From contig CAZKOY010000005.1 of the NCBI GenBank assembly GCA_964554495.1, positions 2,926 through 66,925 of the forward strand: a DNA stretch of 64,000 bases. Reading direction: 5' to 3'. The stretch's first letter is position 1, and each line of letters opens with the position of its first letter. Shown one piece after another: positions 1-9,618 of the stretch. The notes under the pieces are model-generated. The model was not told the origin of the DNA and did not search any database. It saw only the letters and a program-made list of their open reading frames with translations. The stretch comes from an uncultured Myxococcales bacterium (GTDB lineage Bacteria; Myxococcota_A; Polyangia; Palsa-1104; JAEUJZ01). A program made the translations under genes and the position numbers.

Positions 1-165
1 AACGCGCTGCTTTCCGGGCGCAACTACATCAGCCCGCACGATGTGAAGAGCATCGCCCATGATGTGCTGCGCCACCGCCTGCTCTTGTCGTACGAAGCCG
101 AGGCGGAAAACAAGACGGCCGACGACATCATCACCACGATTCTGGACAACGTCGAAGTCCCCTAA
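1..165 (+). CDS. MoxR-like AAA+ ATPase, C-terminal fragment (5' end outside window)
   Basis: Frame 1 is open from the window edge to TAA at 163-165. It reads NALLSGRNYISPHDVKSIAHDVLRHRLLLSYEAEAENKTADDIITTILDNVEVP, which resembles the C-terminal region of MoxR ATPases. A DUF58 gene, the usual MoxR partner, starts 6 nt downstream. Confidence 0.75.
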   Translation, partial: NALLSGRNYISPHDVKSIAHDVLRHRLLLSYEAEAENKTADDIITTILDNVEVP

Positions 166-171
166 GCCGCC

Positions 172-1170
172 ATGTTGCCGACGGAGATCGTCAAGCAAGT
201 CCGGCGCATCCAGTTTCAGACCGGCCGCCACGTCGCCGACATGCTGGCCGGCCAGTATCTGTCCGTCTTCAAAGGGCAGGGGATGGAATTCGAAGAGGTC
301 CGCCCCTATACCCCCGGCGACGACGTGCGCAGCATCGACTGGAACGTCACGGCGCGCATGGGGGCGCCCTACGTCAAGCGCTACCAGGAAGAGCGCGAGC
401 TGACCGTGCTCTTGGTCGTCGACATCAGCGCCTCGCAGGACTTTGGATCGCAGGGGCGATCCAAGCGCCAAGCCGCGGTAGAGCTATCGGCGCTGCTGGC
501 GTTTTCGGCCATTCACAACGACGACAAAGTGGGCCTGCTGCTGTTCCATGGCGGCGTCGAAGAGTACATCCCGCCGCGCAAAGGACAGAAGCACGCGCTG
601 CGTGTTGTGCGCGAGGTCTTGGCCCGCGGTCTCGACGAGAGCACTTCGCAGCCGACCGCGGCCACGGGCAGGGCGACCTCGTCGACCGCGCGGCTGTCTG
701 CCTGGGTGAAGCGCGGGCTGTCGCGCCTGCGTGCGCAGCGAGAACGCGATCCGCGACGCGCCACGCACATCGCGGGCGCCTTGGAGTTCTGCCGCCGCGT
801 CTTGCCGCGTCGCGCCGTGGTGTTCCTCATTTCGGACTTCTTAGACGAGGGATATCTGCCAGCCTTGCGCAGCGTAAACCGTCGCCACGACGTCGTCGCC
901 GTGCAGATCACCGACGAAAGAGAGCGCACCTTGCCCGCAGCCGGCCTGCTGATGTTGCAGGATGCCGAGACGGGCGAGGCTCGCCTGATCGACACGGGCT
1001 CGCCGCAGGTTCGCCAGATCGCGTCGGTCGTTGCCCAAGGACAAGACGCGGCGCTGCTGAGCAGCCTGCGCAGTGCCGGCATCGACGTGATGCGCGTCGA
1101 TGCGACGCGCTCGGTGGTCGATCCGCTGCTCGCCTTTTTCCGCATGCGCGAGCGGAGGCAGCGACGATGA
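172..1170 (+). CDS. DUF58 domain protein (MoxR-associated, VWA-like fold)
   Basis: 332-aa ORF with the characteristic DUF58 block FKGQGMEFEEVRPYTPGDDVRSIDWNVTARMGAPYVKRYQEERE, followed by VVDISASQ and FLISDF. It has a 4-nt ATGA overlap with the next gene. Confidence 0.9.
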   Translation: MLPTEIVKQVRRIQFQTGRHVADMLAGQYLSVFKGQGMEFEEVRPYTPGDDVRSIDWNVTARMGAPYVKRYQEERELTVLLVVDISASQDFGSQGRSKRQAAVELSALLAFSAIHNDDKVGLLLFHGGVEEYIPPRKGQKHALRVVREVLARGLDESTSQPTAATGRATSSTARLSAWVKRGLSRLRAQRERDPRRATHIAGALEFCRRVLPRRAVVFLISDFLDEGYLPALRSVNRRHDVVAVQITDERERTLPAAGLLMLQDAETGEARLIDTGSPQVRQIASVVAQGQDAALLSSLRSAGIDVMRVDATRSVVDPLLAFFRMRERRQRR

Positions 1171-2237
1171 TGGCCGCCCTGCGGATGTTGTGTTGGCGCC
1201 GCCTGGCGCTTGGGATCGCGCTTCTGTGCCTTGGGGCCTGCCGCAAGCCAGACCCATCGACGCCATCCCAGGCGGACGCCGCCGTCGACGAGATCGTGCA
1301 AGTCAGCGAGTCCGGTCCGGTCAAAGCTACCGTGACGCTGGGTCCAAAAAAGCCGCAGCTTGGCGACTCGCTGACGTTGACGCTTTCGGTCCTCGCTCAG
1401 CCAGGGGTTCAGGTCGAGATGCCGCCGTTTGGCGAGGCTCTTGGTCGCTTTGCCATCGCCAGCTTCACACCGCGCAGCGACGGCCAGCCCGACGGCAGCA
1501 CCCTGCACAGCCAGCGCTATGTCTTGGAAGCGCCGATGAGCGGGCGACAGCGCATTCCATCGCTGCGCATCGAGTTCGTCGACAAGCGAGCGCCGGCAGC
1601 GTCTGCTGATGCCGGGACGGCCAGCACTGTCGACGACGGGCATGAGCTTCTGACCGACGAGATCGCCATCGATATCGCATCGGTCCTGCGCGAGGGGCAA
1701 GACCACGAGCTACGCGGCCTGCGCGACCCCCTTGCTGAAGGCCCCGGCCCGGCGCAGCTTGCGGCCTTCGCCTTGGCTCCTGTCGCGATTCTTGTGGGGC
1801 TTGGTATCGCTTGGCAGCTTCGCCGCATGCGGCGGCGCAGCGCTCTGCAGGTGCGCATCAGCGCATACGATCAGGCGCGCCAGCGCCTCGCCGATCTGGA
1901 AGGTCGCGGCTGGCCCGCGCAGCAGGATGCCGATGCCTGGTACGTCGACCTGTCCGATATCGTCCGTCGCTACATCGAAGATCGCTTCGGCGTGCGCGCT
2001 CCCGAGCTGACCACCGAGGAGTTCCTGCGCGAGGCGCATCAGCAGGTGGGTCTTTCGCCTGCGCAGCGCGAGCTTCTAGAGGCGTTTCTTCGCACCTGCG
2101 ATCGCGTGAAGTTCGCAGGCTATGTGCCGCAGCAAGCCGAGTCGCAGCAGGCCTTCAATGAAGCCTGCCGGTTCGTCGACGACACGCGGCTCAAGAGCGC
2201 AGGCGTACCCTCTGGACCCGCGGGAGGCTCGCCATGA
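1167..2237 (+). CDS. Lipoprotein/membrane protein of the Bat-like operon (BatD-like N-domain, one TM, DUF4381-like C-terminal region)
   Basis: Signal peptide with lipobox LLCLGAC, a mid-protein TM (LAAFALAPVAILVGLGIAWQL), and a C-terminal block WYVDLSDIVRRYIEDRFGVRAPELTTEEFLREA of the kind seen after DUF58 genes. It overlaps both neighbours by 4 nt. Confidence 0.6.
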   Translation: MMAALRMLCWRRLALGIALLCLGACRKPDPSTPSQADAAVDEIVQVSESGPVKATVTLGPKKPQLGDSLTLTLSVLAQPGVQVEMPPFGEALGRFAIASFTPRSDGQPDGSTLHSQRYVLEAPMSGRQRIPSLRIEFVDKRAPAASADAGTASTVDDGHELLTDEIAIDIASVLREGQDHELRGLRDPLAEGPGPAQLAAFALAPVAILVGLGIAWQLRRMRRRSALQVRISAYDQARQRLADLEGRGWPAQQDADAWYVDLSDIVRRYIEDRFGVRAPELTTEEFLREAHQQVGLSPAQRELLEAFLRTCDRVKFAGYVPQQAESQQAFNEACRFVDDTRLKSAGVPSGPAGGSP

Positions 2238-3268
2238 GCTGGCTTTCGGCTATCGAGCTTCGCCAGCCGTGGTTTCTCTTGTGTGCTGTGCTGGCGCTGC
2301 CCGTGTATTTCTGGGCGCTGCGAGGTGGTGGCCGCGTCGTTTTTTCGTCGCTGCGCTTGCTGCCCGCGGCGACGAAGACCTGGCGCACTCGTCTGCGCTT
2401 CGTGCCACCGCTTTTTCTTTCACTGGCCACGGCTGCGCTTGCGCTTGCTCTGGCGGGTCCGCGGGTGGCGGATCGCCAGACGCGCGTGAAGAAGCAGGGC
2501 ATCGCCATCATGCTGGTCATTGACGTCTCGGGCTCGATGCAGGCCCTGGATCTATCGACGCCAGATCGCGAGCGCACGCGCCTGGATGCCGTGCGCGAGG
2601 TCCTGCTCGACTTCGTCCTGGGTGGGCATGGGCTGCCGGGGCGGCCCGACGACTTGCTAGGTATTGTCAGCTTTGCCGCGTATGCCGATACGCGCTGTCC
2701 CCTAACGCTCGACCACGGCAACCTGGCGAAGTCCGCCAAGCAGGTCGAGATCGTCAGCAAGGAAGACGAAGACGGCACCGCCATTGGGGATGGCTTGGGC
2801 TTGGCGCTTGAGCGCCTGCGCGAGTCCAAGGCAGCATCGCGGGTCGCCATCTTGCTCACCGACGGCGTCAACAACCGCGGCGAGACCGCGCCGCTTCAGG
2901 CCGCCGAGCTGGCCGCGACGCTGGGCATCAAGGTCTATACCGTCGGAGCAGGAACGAACGGCATGGCTCCGGTGCGGGTGACCGACGCCTTTGGGCGCCG
3001 CTTCCTTTCGCGCATGCCGGTCGAGATCGACGAAAAGATGCTGCGCGCCATTGCCGAAAAGACCAGCGGCCGCTATTTCCGGGCCACCGATGACAAGACC
3101 CTGTCCCAGGTCTATCGCGAGATCGACGCGCTAGAGCGCAGCGAGTTCATCGAACAGCGCTACCGGCAGTATCACGAGTACTACCCACTGGCTCTGGCTG
3201 TGGGCCTGCTTCTGGCCGCCGCGGCCTGGCTGCTGCAAGCGACCCTGCTTCGGAGGGTGCCCCAGTGA
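2234..3268 (+). CDS. VWA domain membrane protein, BatA-like
   Basis: N-terminal TM helices, a VWA MIDAS block (MLVIDVSGSM ... LLTDGVNN) and a C-terminal TM. It sits in the canonical position after MoxR/DUF58. Confidence 0.9.
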   Translation: MSWLSAIELRQPWFLLCAVLALPVYFWALRGGGRVVFSSLRLLPAATKTWRTRLRFVPPLFLSLATAALALALAGPRVADRQTRVKKQGIAIMLVIDVSGSMQALDLSTPDRERTRLDAVREVLLDFVLGGHGLPGRPDDLLGIVSFAAYADTRCPLTLDHGNLAKSAKQVEIVSKEDEDGTAIGDGLGLALERLRESKAASRVAILLTDGVNNRGETAPLQAAELAATLGIKVYTVGAGTNGMAPVRVTDAFGRRFLSRMPVEIDEKMLRAIAEKTSGRYFRATDDKTLSQVYREIDALERSEFIEQRYRQYHEYYPLALAVGLLLAAAAWLLQATLLRRVPQ

Positions 3269-6200
3269 GCCACGTCACCTTCGTTCATCCGCAGCTTCTG
3301 TGGCTGCTTCTGCCAGCGTCGGCGCTGTGGCTGCTCTTGGTGTGGCTGGATCGTCGCCATGCCGAGGCGCTGACGCGCTTTCTGTCGGCGCTGATGCAGC
3401 ACCGCTTGGCCAGCCGCTTGCCGCCCGGCCGTCGCGCACTGCGCTTGCTTGGAGTCCTTGTGACGCTGGTATCGGGCACGCTGGCCCTGTCGCGCCCGCA
3501 GAGCCCCGGCGAGCTTGAGACCGTCCGCACCACGCAGATCTCGGCCGATGTGATGGTCGTTCTGGATGTCTCGCGCAGCATGCTGGCCGAGGACGCAGCA
3601 CCCAATCGCCTGCAGCGCGCCAAGGCCGAGATCTCCGATCTATTGAGCAAGCTCAAGGGTCATCGCATCGGGCTCGTCGCGTTTGCCGGTCGCGCCCAGG
3701 TGTTGTGCCCGCTGACACCCGATTACGGCTTCTTTCGCATGGTGCTCGACCGCGCTGATCCGCGCAGCATTGGGCGCGGTGGGACTCGCATCGGCGATGG
3801 CCTGCGTCTGGCCAAGTCGGCCTTTGGCGAAGGCGGCAGCGCCCGCCTGGTGCTGCTGATTACCGATGGGGAAGACCATGACTCGTTTCCATTGGAAGCC
3901 GCGCAAGAGCTGAAGAAAGACGGCATCCGCGTGGTGGCGATCGGCTTTGGCGACGAGCGCGGCAGCGAGATCACGCTGACCGATCCCAGCACGGGGGCCC
4001 GCACCTTCTTGGTTGATCGCGGCGGGCAGCTTGTGCGCTCGCGCCTCGATGGAAAGACGCTGCGCGAGATCGCGCTGGCCACGCAGGGCGCGTACATCCC
4101 AGCCGGCGTGGCGGCGCTGGATCTTGAGTCGATCCTGCGCGAGCACATTCAGCCGCTGGTGCGAAGCCAGCCACAGGCCGCGACGCGGACGCAGCCTAAG
4201 GAACATCACCCCTGGCTGCTGGTGGTCTGCTTGCTCGCTCTGGTTGCGTCGGTGCGCCTGGGAATCGGGGCGCGTTGGGCGCTGCGCTGGGATGGTCTGG
4301 CCGATGAGAAACGGCTGGCGCCTGCCACGATCTTGCTTTGGCTGCTGAGCCTGTCTGCTTCGGCACATGCCGGCCCGGCTGCACTCAACGGAGGGGCGCT
4401 GCCTGCGCTGGTCCTGGGTGCCGCCGCGGGGGCCACGGGTGGATCTGCGTCTGCGGACAGCGTGGATGGGGGAACTGCGAACGCTGCGGCTCCAGCGACG
4501 GAAACCGGCTCGCCGCGCCGACGCTACAACCACGCGCGTGAGGCGTGGAAGAGCGGCGACTGGGCCCGTGCTGAGGCTGGCTTCTTGGCGGCCCGCGACC
4601 ATGCCGAAGGCGACGAAGATCTGCGCTTTCGCGCCGCGTTCAATCTGGCCCTGACCCATGCCCAGCAGGCTGCCACCCAGGCGCAAGACAAGCCGCAGGA
4701 TGCGCTGAACGCGCTCTCGCAGAGCGCCGCCTGGTTTCGCGATGCCGTGCGCATTCGTCCCAGCGATGCCGATGCGCGCCACAACCTAGAAGTCGTGCTG
4801 CGCCGCATGCAACAGCTACGCGAGAAGCTCAACCAGGGTCAGAGCTCGCTAGAGGCGCGCTTGGCCCGCATCATCGCCGACGAGCGGACGCTGCGCGATC
4901 GCGTTCGTGGGCTGCTGGTGCGCATCCAACAAGCCGGCACCACCGCCGAGCCACTGAGCTTTCATAGCGAGTTCGAGGACGCCTCGAACTTTCAGCGCAC
5001 GCTCTTGTCCGAGGCGGGCGCGATCGTCGATCTGGCCGGAGACGAGCGCGACAAGCTATCTCAGCGCGCAGAAAAAGATCGCAGCGCTGAAGAGCAAGGG
5101 CGGCTGATTCAGCTACAGAATCTCGAACACTATATGAACCTGTCGCGGGGGACGCTGGCCGATGTGGCGCGGCTTCTGCGTCGTCTGCAGGGCGAGCGAG
5201 CGCACCGTCAGTCCGACGTCGGGGTCGATCAGCTGAAGCGGGCCATGGAACAGCTGCAAGATCCGGTGACCGTGCTCAAGGGCTTGGTGGCGGATCAGAT
5301 GAACGCGCTGGGCCAGACTCGCGCGCTGGACGAGGCTCGCGCACAGGGCACGCAGCTTGCCGTCACTGCGTCGCCTGCGACACCGAAGGCCCAGCCGCCC
5401 GCGCCGTCGCCTGCGTCGCCGAACGGCAAGGAAGCGGCTCAGGTTCCGGCGTGGCTGACCGCGAGCTTCCTCGGCGATCAGCAGCGGGCTTTGCAGCCGC
5501 GCGGCGAAGAGCTCTTGGCTCGCTTGAACGCGGGTGTTGAGCACGAAGCCAAGGCAGCTCAGAGCCCGTCACCAGCGACGCAGCCGGCGCCGGGGCAGCC
5601 ACCTAGCGATCCGCGGCAGGAAGCGCAGCGCAAGCGTGTTCTGCAAGCGGCGCGCGAAGCAATTCCGCTTCTAAAAGAAGGCATCCAAGCGATGGATCAG
5701 GCTGCGACTTCTCTGGGAGCGGATCAGCTGCCATCCGCGACGAAGGCGCAGCTTCAGGCGCTGTCTTCGCTTCTGCGTGCGGTCGAGCGCTTCAGCGGTC
5801 TGCGCGACCTGATCGAGCTGGCCTTTGGCGATCAAAGTCAGCTCGCGCAGCTTCTTTCGGGAAAGGCCAAGGCCGAGCTGGAAAAGTTGCCGCCCGCTGA
5901 GCGCAGCCGCCTGTTTAGCGATTCGGTGGCGCGCAATCGCGATCGCTTGGCTCGCTTGCAGGGGCTGTTTTCCGACGAGCTTCAGGCGCTTGAAGCGCCA
6001 CCTTCGGGCCAGCCGCCGGGCAGCCCGCCAGGCGCCGAAAAAGACGAAGCCGAGAAGCGCGCCGCCGAGAAGCAGCGCTTCGAGCAGGCCGAGCAGAAGC
6101 GCAAGCTGGCAGAAGACTCGCTTTTGCGCTTGGCCGCGCAGATGGGGCAGAAAAATGCCCAACTACTGCCGACGGTCGAGGAAGGCCGCAAGCACCTGGA

Positions 6201-6822
6201 AGATCTGCGGCGGCTGTTCTTTTCGATCGTCGAGCACCTAAAAGATCTGCACCGCAACCAGACCGAGACGCTGGATCACACCGGCTCGGCTCAAGCGCAG
6301 AAAGAAGAGGCCGAGCGCCGTCGCCGTGCTGGGCCGCTTTTCGGCGAGCAAGAGCGACACCGCGATCTGGGTCGGGCCTTGGCCGAAGCCTTGGCCGCGC
6401 AGGCGGACCAGGCCGGAAGTGCAAGCGAGCCGCAAGCCAAGCAGGCCCAGAAGCCGCTCGCAGACGCCGCCGAGGAAGTGCGGAAGGCTCATGCGGCGAT
6501 GGAAAAAGCCGGACGGCTGCTCAAACCCGACGAGACAACGCAGTCCGAGGCGCATTCTCAGTCACTGCCGCTCGATCTAGAGCCCGCGATGGAACAGCAG
6601 AAGCAGGCGCTTACGCACGTCGAGGCAGCGATTCGCATTTTGGAGCCACCGCAGGAAAACCAGCAGAAGAACCAGCAGAAGAACCAGCAGCAAGAGCAAG
6701 AGCAGCTCTCGCAGGATCAGGCTGCGCGTCGGCTGCAGGCCATTCGCGAGCGCGAGGCCGAGCGTCAGCGAAAGCAGAAGCAGCCAGCCGGTCCCAGCGA
6801 TCCGGTAGAGAAGGACTGGTAA
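3265..6822 (+). CDS. VWA + TPR membrane protein (BatB/BatC-like fusion) with roughly 700-aa coiled-coil/low-complexity extension
   Basis: 1185-aa ORF. It has a VWA block (VMVVLDVSRSM ... LLITDGEDHD), several TM segments and a TPR-like segment (YNHAREAWKSGDWARAEAGFLAARD ... IRPSDADARHNLEVV). A long Q/E/A/R/L-rich region follows, ending in QENQQKNQQKNQQQEQEQ. Confidence 0.85.
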   Translation: MSHVTFVHPQLLWLLLPASALWLLLVWLDRRHAEALTRFLSALMQHRLASRLPPGRRALRLLGVLVTLVSGTLALSRPQSPGELETVRTTQISADVMVVLDVSRSMLAEDAAPNRLQRAKAEISDLLSKLKGHRIGLVAFAGRAQVLCPLTPDYGFFRMVLDRADPRSIGRGGTRIGDGLRLAKSAFGEGGSARLVLLITDGEDHDSFPLEAAQELKKDGIRVVAIGFGDERGSEITLTDPSTGARTFLVDRGGQLVRSRLDGKTLREIALATQGAYIPAGVAALDLESILREHIQPLVRSQPQAATRTQPKEHHPWLLVVCLLALVASVRLGIGARWALRWDGLADEKRLAPATILLWLLSLSASAHAGPAALNGGALPALVLGAAAGATGGSASADSVDGGTANAAAPATETGSPRRRYNHAREAWKSGDWARAEAGFLAARDHAEGDEDLRFRAAFNLALTHAQQAATQAQDKPQDALNALSQSAAWFRDAVRIRPSDADARHNLEVVLRRMQQLREKLNQGQSSLEARLARIIADERTLRDRVRGLLVRIQQAGTTAEPLSFHSEFEDASNFQRTLLSEAGAIVDLAGDERDKLSQRAEKDRSAEEQGRLIQLQNLEHYMNLSRGTLADVARLLRRLQGERAHRQSDVGVDQLKRAMEQLQDPVTVLKGLVADQMNALGQTRALDEARAQGTQLAVTASPATPKAQPPAPSPASPNGKEAAQVPAWLTASFLGDQQRALQPRGEELLARLNAGVEHEAKAAQSPSPATQPAPGQPPSDPRQEAQRKRVLQAAREAIPLLKEGIQAMDQAATSLGADQLPSATKAQLQALSSLLRAVERFSGLRDLIELAFGDQSQLAQLLSGKAKAELEKLPPAERSRLFSDSVARNRDRLARLQGLFSDELQALEAPPSGQPPGSPPGAEKDEAEKRAAEKQRFEQAEQKRKLAEDSLLRLAAQMGQKNAQLLPTVEEGRKHLEDLRRLFFSIVEHLKDLHRNQTETLDHTGSAQAQKEEAERRRRAGPLFGEQERHRDLGRALAEALAAQADQAGSASEPQAKQAQKPLADAAEEVRKAHAAMEKAGRLLKPDETTQSEAHSQSLPLDLEPAMEQQKQALTHVEAAIRILEPPQENQQKNQQKNQQQEQEQLSQDQAARRLQAIREREAERQRKQKQPAGPSDPVEKDW

Positions 6823-6825
6823 GCC

Positions 6826-9606
6826 ATGCCGACACCCAGAACTCATCGGCTTTGTCGCAGGCCGCGGCGGTGGCTGCTTGTGGCGTTGCTCGTGCTCGCC
6901 GCACTTGGTCCGGCGGCGCAGGCGCGGGCGCAGCAGCTTCAGCTGCAGCTTGAAAGCGAAGAGGTCTATGCCAACCTGCCGTTTGTGCTGCAGGTGGTGG
7001 CGCGGGGCTTCGACGAGAGCCCGACCCCGACGCTGTCGAAGCTGGCCATCCCTGGCTGCCGTGTGACGGCGCTGGGGGTGACGCCGCAGGTGTCGAGCAT
7101 GGTGCAGATCGTAAACGGTCAGCGCAGCGAGCAGCGCAGCGTCACCTTTGCTTTTCGCTTTCGCATCGAGGCCGCCCAGGGCGGGGCGCACACCGTTCCG
7201 GCTCTCACCGCGACGCAAGGGGACCGCAAGGCGTCGTCGCAGCCGGCGCGCTTTGTCGTCAAAGAAGTCGACGAGACGCGCGATATGCAGCTGCGCATGG
7301 TGCTGCCCAATCGCCCGCTGTGGGTCGGCGAGACCGTCGACGGATACCTGGATTGGTACCTGCGGCGAGACGTCGGCAATCGATCGTTTGCGGTGCCCCT
7401 TTTCGATCAGGACGAGTGGCTTGAGATCGAGGCGCCGCCGAGTGGCCCGACGCAGGCCAAGCTGCCGGCTTTTCACGCGGGCAGCCGGGCTTTAGAGCTG
7501 CCGTTTGAGCAGCAAAAAGCCGCGCTCGATGGCGTCGAGTACAGCCGCTTTCGCTTTCACTTCCGCCTGACACCGAGCAAGCCTGGCGTGCTGGTGCCGG
7601 CTGCTGCTCGCGTCGTGGCCGAGCTTCAGACCGGCTATGGCCGTGATCTGTTTGGCTTTCAAGTGCCGCAGTCGCAGCTGTTCTCGTCCGTCGCCAAGCC
7701 AGTCAAGGTCGAGATCCGCGCGCTGCCGCAGAGCGGTCGCCCGGCCAGCTTCAAAAACGCGGTGGGACAAGCGTTTGCCATCGAAGTGCAAGCCGGACGC
7801 ACCGTCGTGCGCGTCGGTGATCCGGTTGAGCTGCGCGTGCTCCTGCGCGGAAACGGACGGCTGGCCGGGCTGATCCTGCCGGATGTCGCAGCCATGGGCC
7901 TGTCGCCGAGCCTGTTTGCGGCCCCTGAGGAACCTCCTTCGGGTGAGCTGCTCGACGACGGCAAGGGAAAGCTGTTCCGTGTCTCAGTTCGGCTGCGCAG
8001 CTTGGAGGCCAAAGAGATCCCCGCTCTGTCGTTTGGCTACTTCGATCCCGAGAGAGGCACGTACCAGACGGTGCAGAGCCAGCCGATCGCGCTTTCGGTG
8101 AAAGGATCCGCCGTTGTATCGGCGGGAGACGTCGTGACGACGCCTCCGGCTGCGACAGCGGGCCCCAGCGCGCAAGCTCCGACAGGGGCGGGGCGTGCTG
8201 CGGCAGTTGATACGGCGCTGCCGACGTCGCTTGTCGGAGCCGACCTGGCGCTGAGTGACGAGCGCTTGACGCTGCTTCCGGCGCCGTCGCTGCGTCGGGT
8301 GGCGCCGCTGTTGGCGCTGATCTACGCAATGGCCGCAGGGCTAGCGGTGGCGTACGTGCTGATCCGAGGAAGAAGCAAGAGCTGGCCAGCGGATGCCGCG
8401 CTTGCCGAAGCGCAGGCTCGTGTCCGTGCCGAGCTGCAAGCCGCAAAGAGCGCTGCGGCCCGCGACAGCGCCCCCCTTCTGTCGGCGTCGCTGCGGGCAC
8501 TGCGCTCGCAGCTTGCACTGCCAGCCAACGAAGGGCAGCGCCTGATCGAGCGCCTTGAGACGGAAGCCTACGCGCCCGGCGCCGCAGACCAGCCCCTGCC
8601 TCTGTCGCTGCGTACCGACATCGAAGCACTGCTGCATGAGTGGAGCCGCGCGCAGCGTCGCCCGGCGCCGACACGTGGCCGCGGGGTGCTCGCGCTTTGG
8701 CTGCCGTTGCTTTTTGCTGCGCCGCCCGTTCTCTCGGCGCGTGGTGTCTCGGTTGCCGACGAAGCCGCAGGCCTGTCGGCGCTGAAACAGGCGCGCTCGG
8801 CGTATCAGGCCGCTCTGTCCGAGTCGGATCGCGACCGTCGCCGCAGCGGCTTTGCGCAGGCCGAAGCGCTGCTGCGCGATCTATCGCTGCGCCATGCCGA
8901 CTGCCCCCAGCTTCTTGCGGACTGGGGAAATGCCGCTTTGCTGGCGCAAGAGCCGGGGCGAGCCGTGCTCGCGTATCGCCGTGCTCTGTCGCTGGATCCG
9001 ACTCTGTCGCGGGCTCGCCGCAACCTGAGCTTTCTGCGCGACCGACTTCCCGACTGGCTACCGCGGCCCAAAGTCAGCGATGCCGTGTCATCGCTGCTGT
9101 TGTTTCAGAACTCGCTGACCATCGCGCATCGCCACGTTCTTTTGTCGGCGCTGGTGCTGTTGATTGCGAGTCTGGTCTGTGTGCCGCCCATGGTGGCGTG
9201 GCGTCGTCGCGCTGGCAGGCGCTTTGGCTCGGCTCGCTTCGCTGCCATGGCGCAGGATGCAGGCGCTTTGCCCGACAGCCCAGAGGCGCCCACCCGCGAT
9301 CGAGCGGGGCTGTGGCCGCGGCTGGCGTTGGTCCCCGCGCTGCTGGGTGTCGGTGTCGGCTTTTCCATCGTCGGTGAGATCGATGCACAGCAGGAAGGCG
9401 TGGTGATCCTTTCGGGCGCCATCCTGCGCTCGGCCGACAGCAGCGGGGCACCGCCGGCCTTTGCGCATCCACTGCCTGCCGGGACCGAGCTGCACATCGA
9501 CGAAGTGCGCGGCCTGTATGCCCGCGTTCGTCTGGCCGACGGGCAGAATGGCTGGATCGTGGGCAGTGCGATCGCCTCGTTGGCTTCGGCTCGCGGCGAT
9601 CTGTGA
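6826..9606 (+). CDS. BatD-like (oxygen-tolerance family) protein fused to TPR and C-terminal SH3-like (BatE-like) region
   Basis: 926-aa ORF with a signal peptide and a repeated Ig-like BatD-type N-terminal region. It also has TM segments, a TPR-like segment (LLADWGNAALLAQEPGRAVLAYRRALSLDPTLSRARRNL) and a C-terminal SH3-like segment (GTELHIDEVRGLYARVRLADGQNGWIV). Confidence 0.8.
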   Translation: MPTPRTHRLCRRPRRWLLVALLVLAALGPAAQARAQQLQLQLESEEVYANLPFVLQVVARGFDESPTPTLSKLAIPGCRVTALGVTPQVSSMVQIVNGQRSEQRSVTFAFRFRIEAAQGGAHTVPALTATQGDRKASSQPARFVVKEVDETRDMQLRMVLPNRPLWVGETVDGYLDWYLRRDVGNRSFAVPLFDQDEWLEIEAPPSGPTQAKLPAFHAGSRALELPFEQQKAALDGVEYSRFRFHFRLTPSKPGVLVPAAARVVAELQTGYGRDLFGFQVPQSQLFSSVAKPVKVEIRALPQSGRPASFKNAVGQAFAIEVQAGRTVVRVGDPVELRVLLRGNGRLAGLILPDVAAMGLSPSLFAAPEEPPSGELLDDGKGKLFRVSVRLRSLEAKEIPALSFGYFDPERGTYQTVQSQPIALSVKGSAVVSAGDVVTTPPAATAGPSAQAPTGAGRAAAVDTALPTSLVGADLALSDERLTLLPAPSLRRVAPLLALIYAMAAGLAVAYVLIRGRSKSWPADAALAEAQARVRAELQAAKSAAARDSAPLLSASLRALRSQLALPANEGQRLIERLETEAYAPGAADQPLPLSLRTDIEALLHEWSRAQRRPAPTRGRGVLALWLPLLFAAPPVLSARGVSVADEAAGLSALKQARSAYQAALSESDRDRRRSGFAQAEALLRDLSLRHADCPQLLADWGNAALLAQEPGRAVLAYRRALSLDPTLSRARRNLSFLRDRLPDWLPRPKVSDAVSSLLLFQNSLTIAHRHVLLSALVLLIASLVCVPPMVAWRRRAGRRFGSARFAAMAQDAGALPDSPEAPTRDRAGLWPRLALVPALLGVGVGFSIVGEIDAQQEGVVILSGAILRSADSSGAPPAFAHPLPAGTELHIDEVRGLYARVRLADGQNGWIVGSAIASLASARGDL

Positions 9607-9618
9607 CAGGCTAGGACC

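Noticed and set aside
513-1706. Long antisense ORF (397 aa). Many similar ORFs occur elsewhere, e.g. 3640-4782(-), 7751-8674(-), 9105-10022(-), 43262-44323(-), 47698-49185(-), 50406-51380(-), 60550-61824(+) and 63049-63714(+).
   Set aside because: They overlap well-supported genes on the opposite strand or frame. They are Arg/Ala/Pro/Ser-rich with no recognisable motifs. They are the expected stop-codon-poor shadow frames of high-GC DNA.
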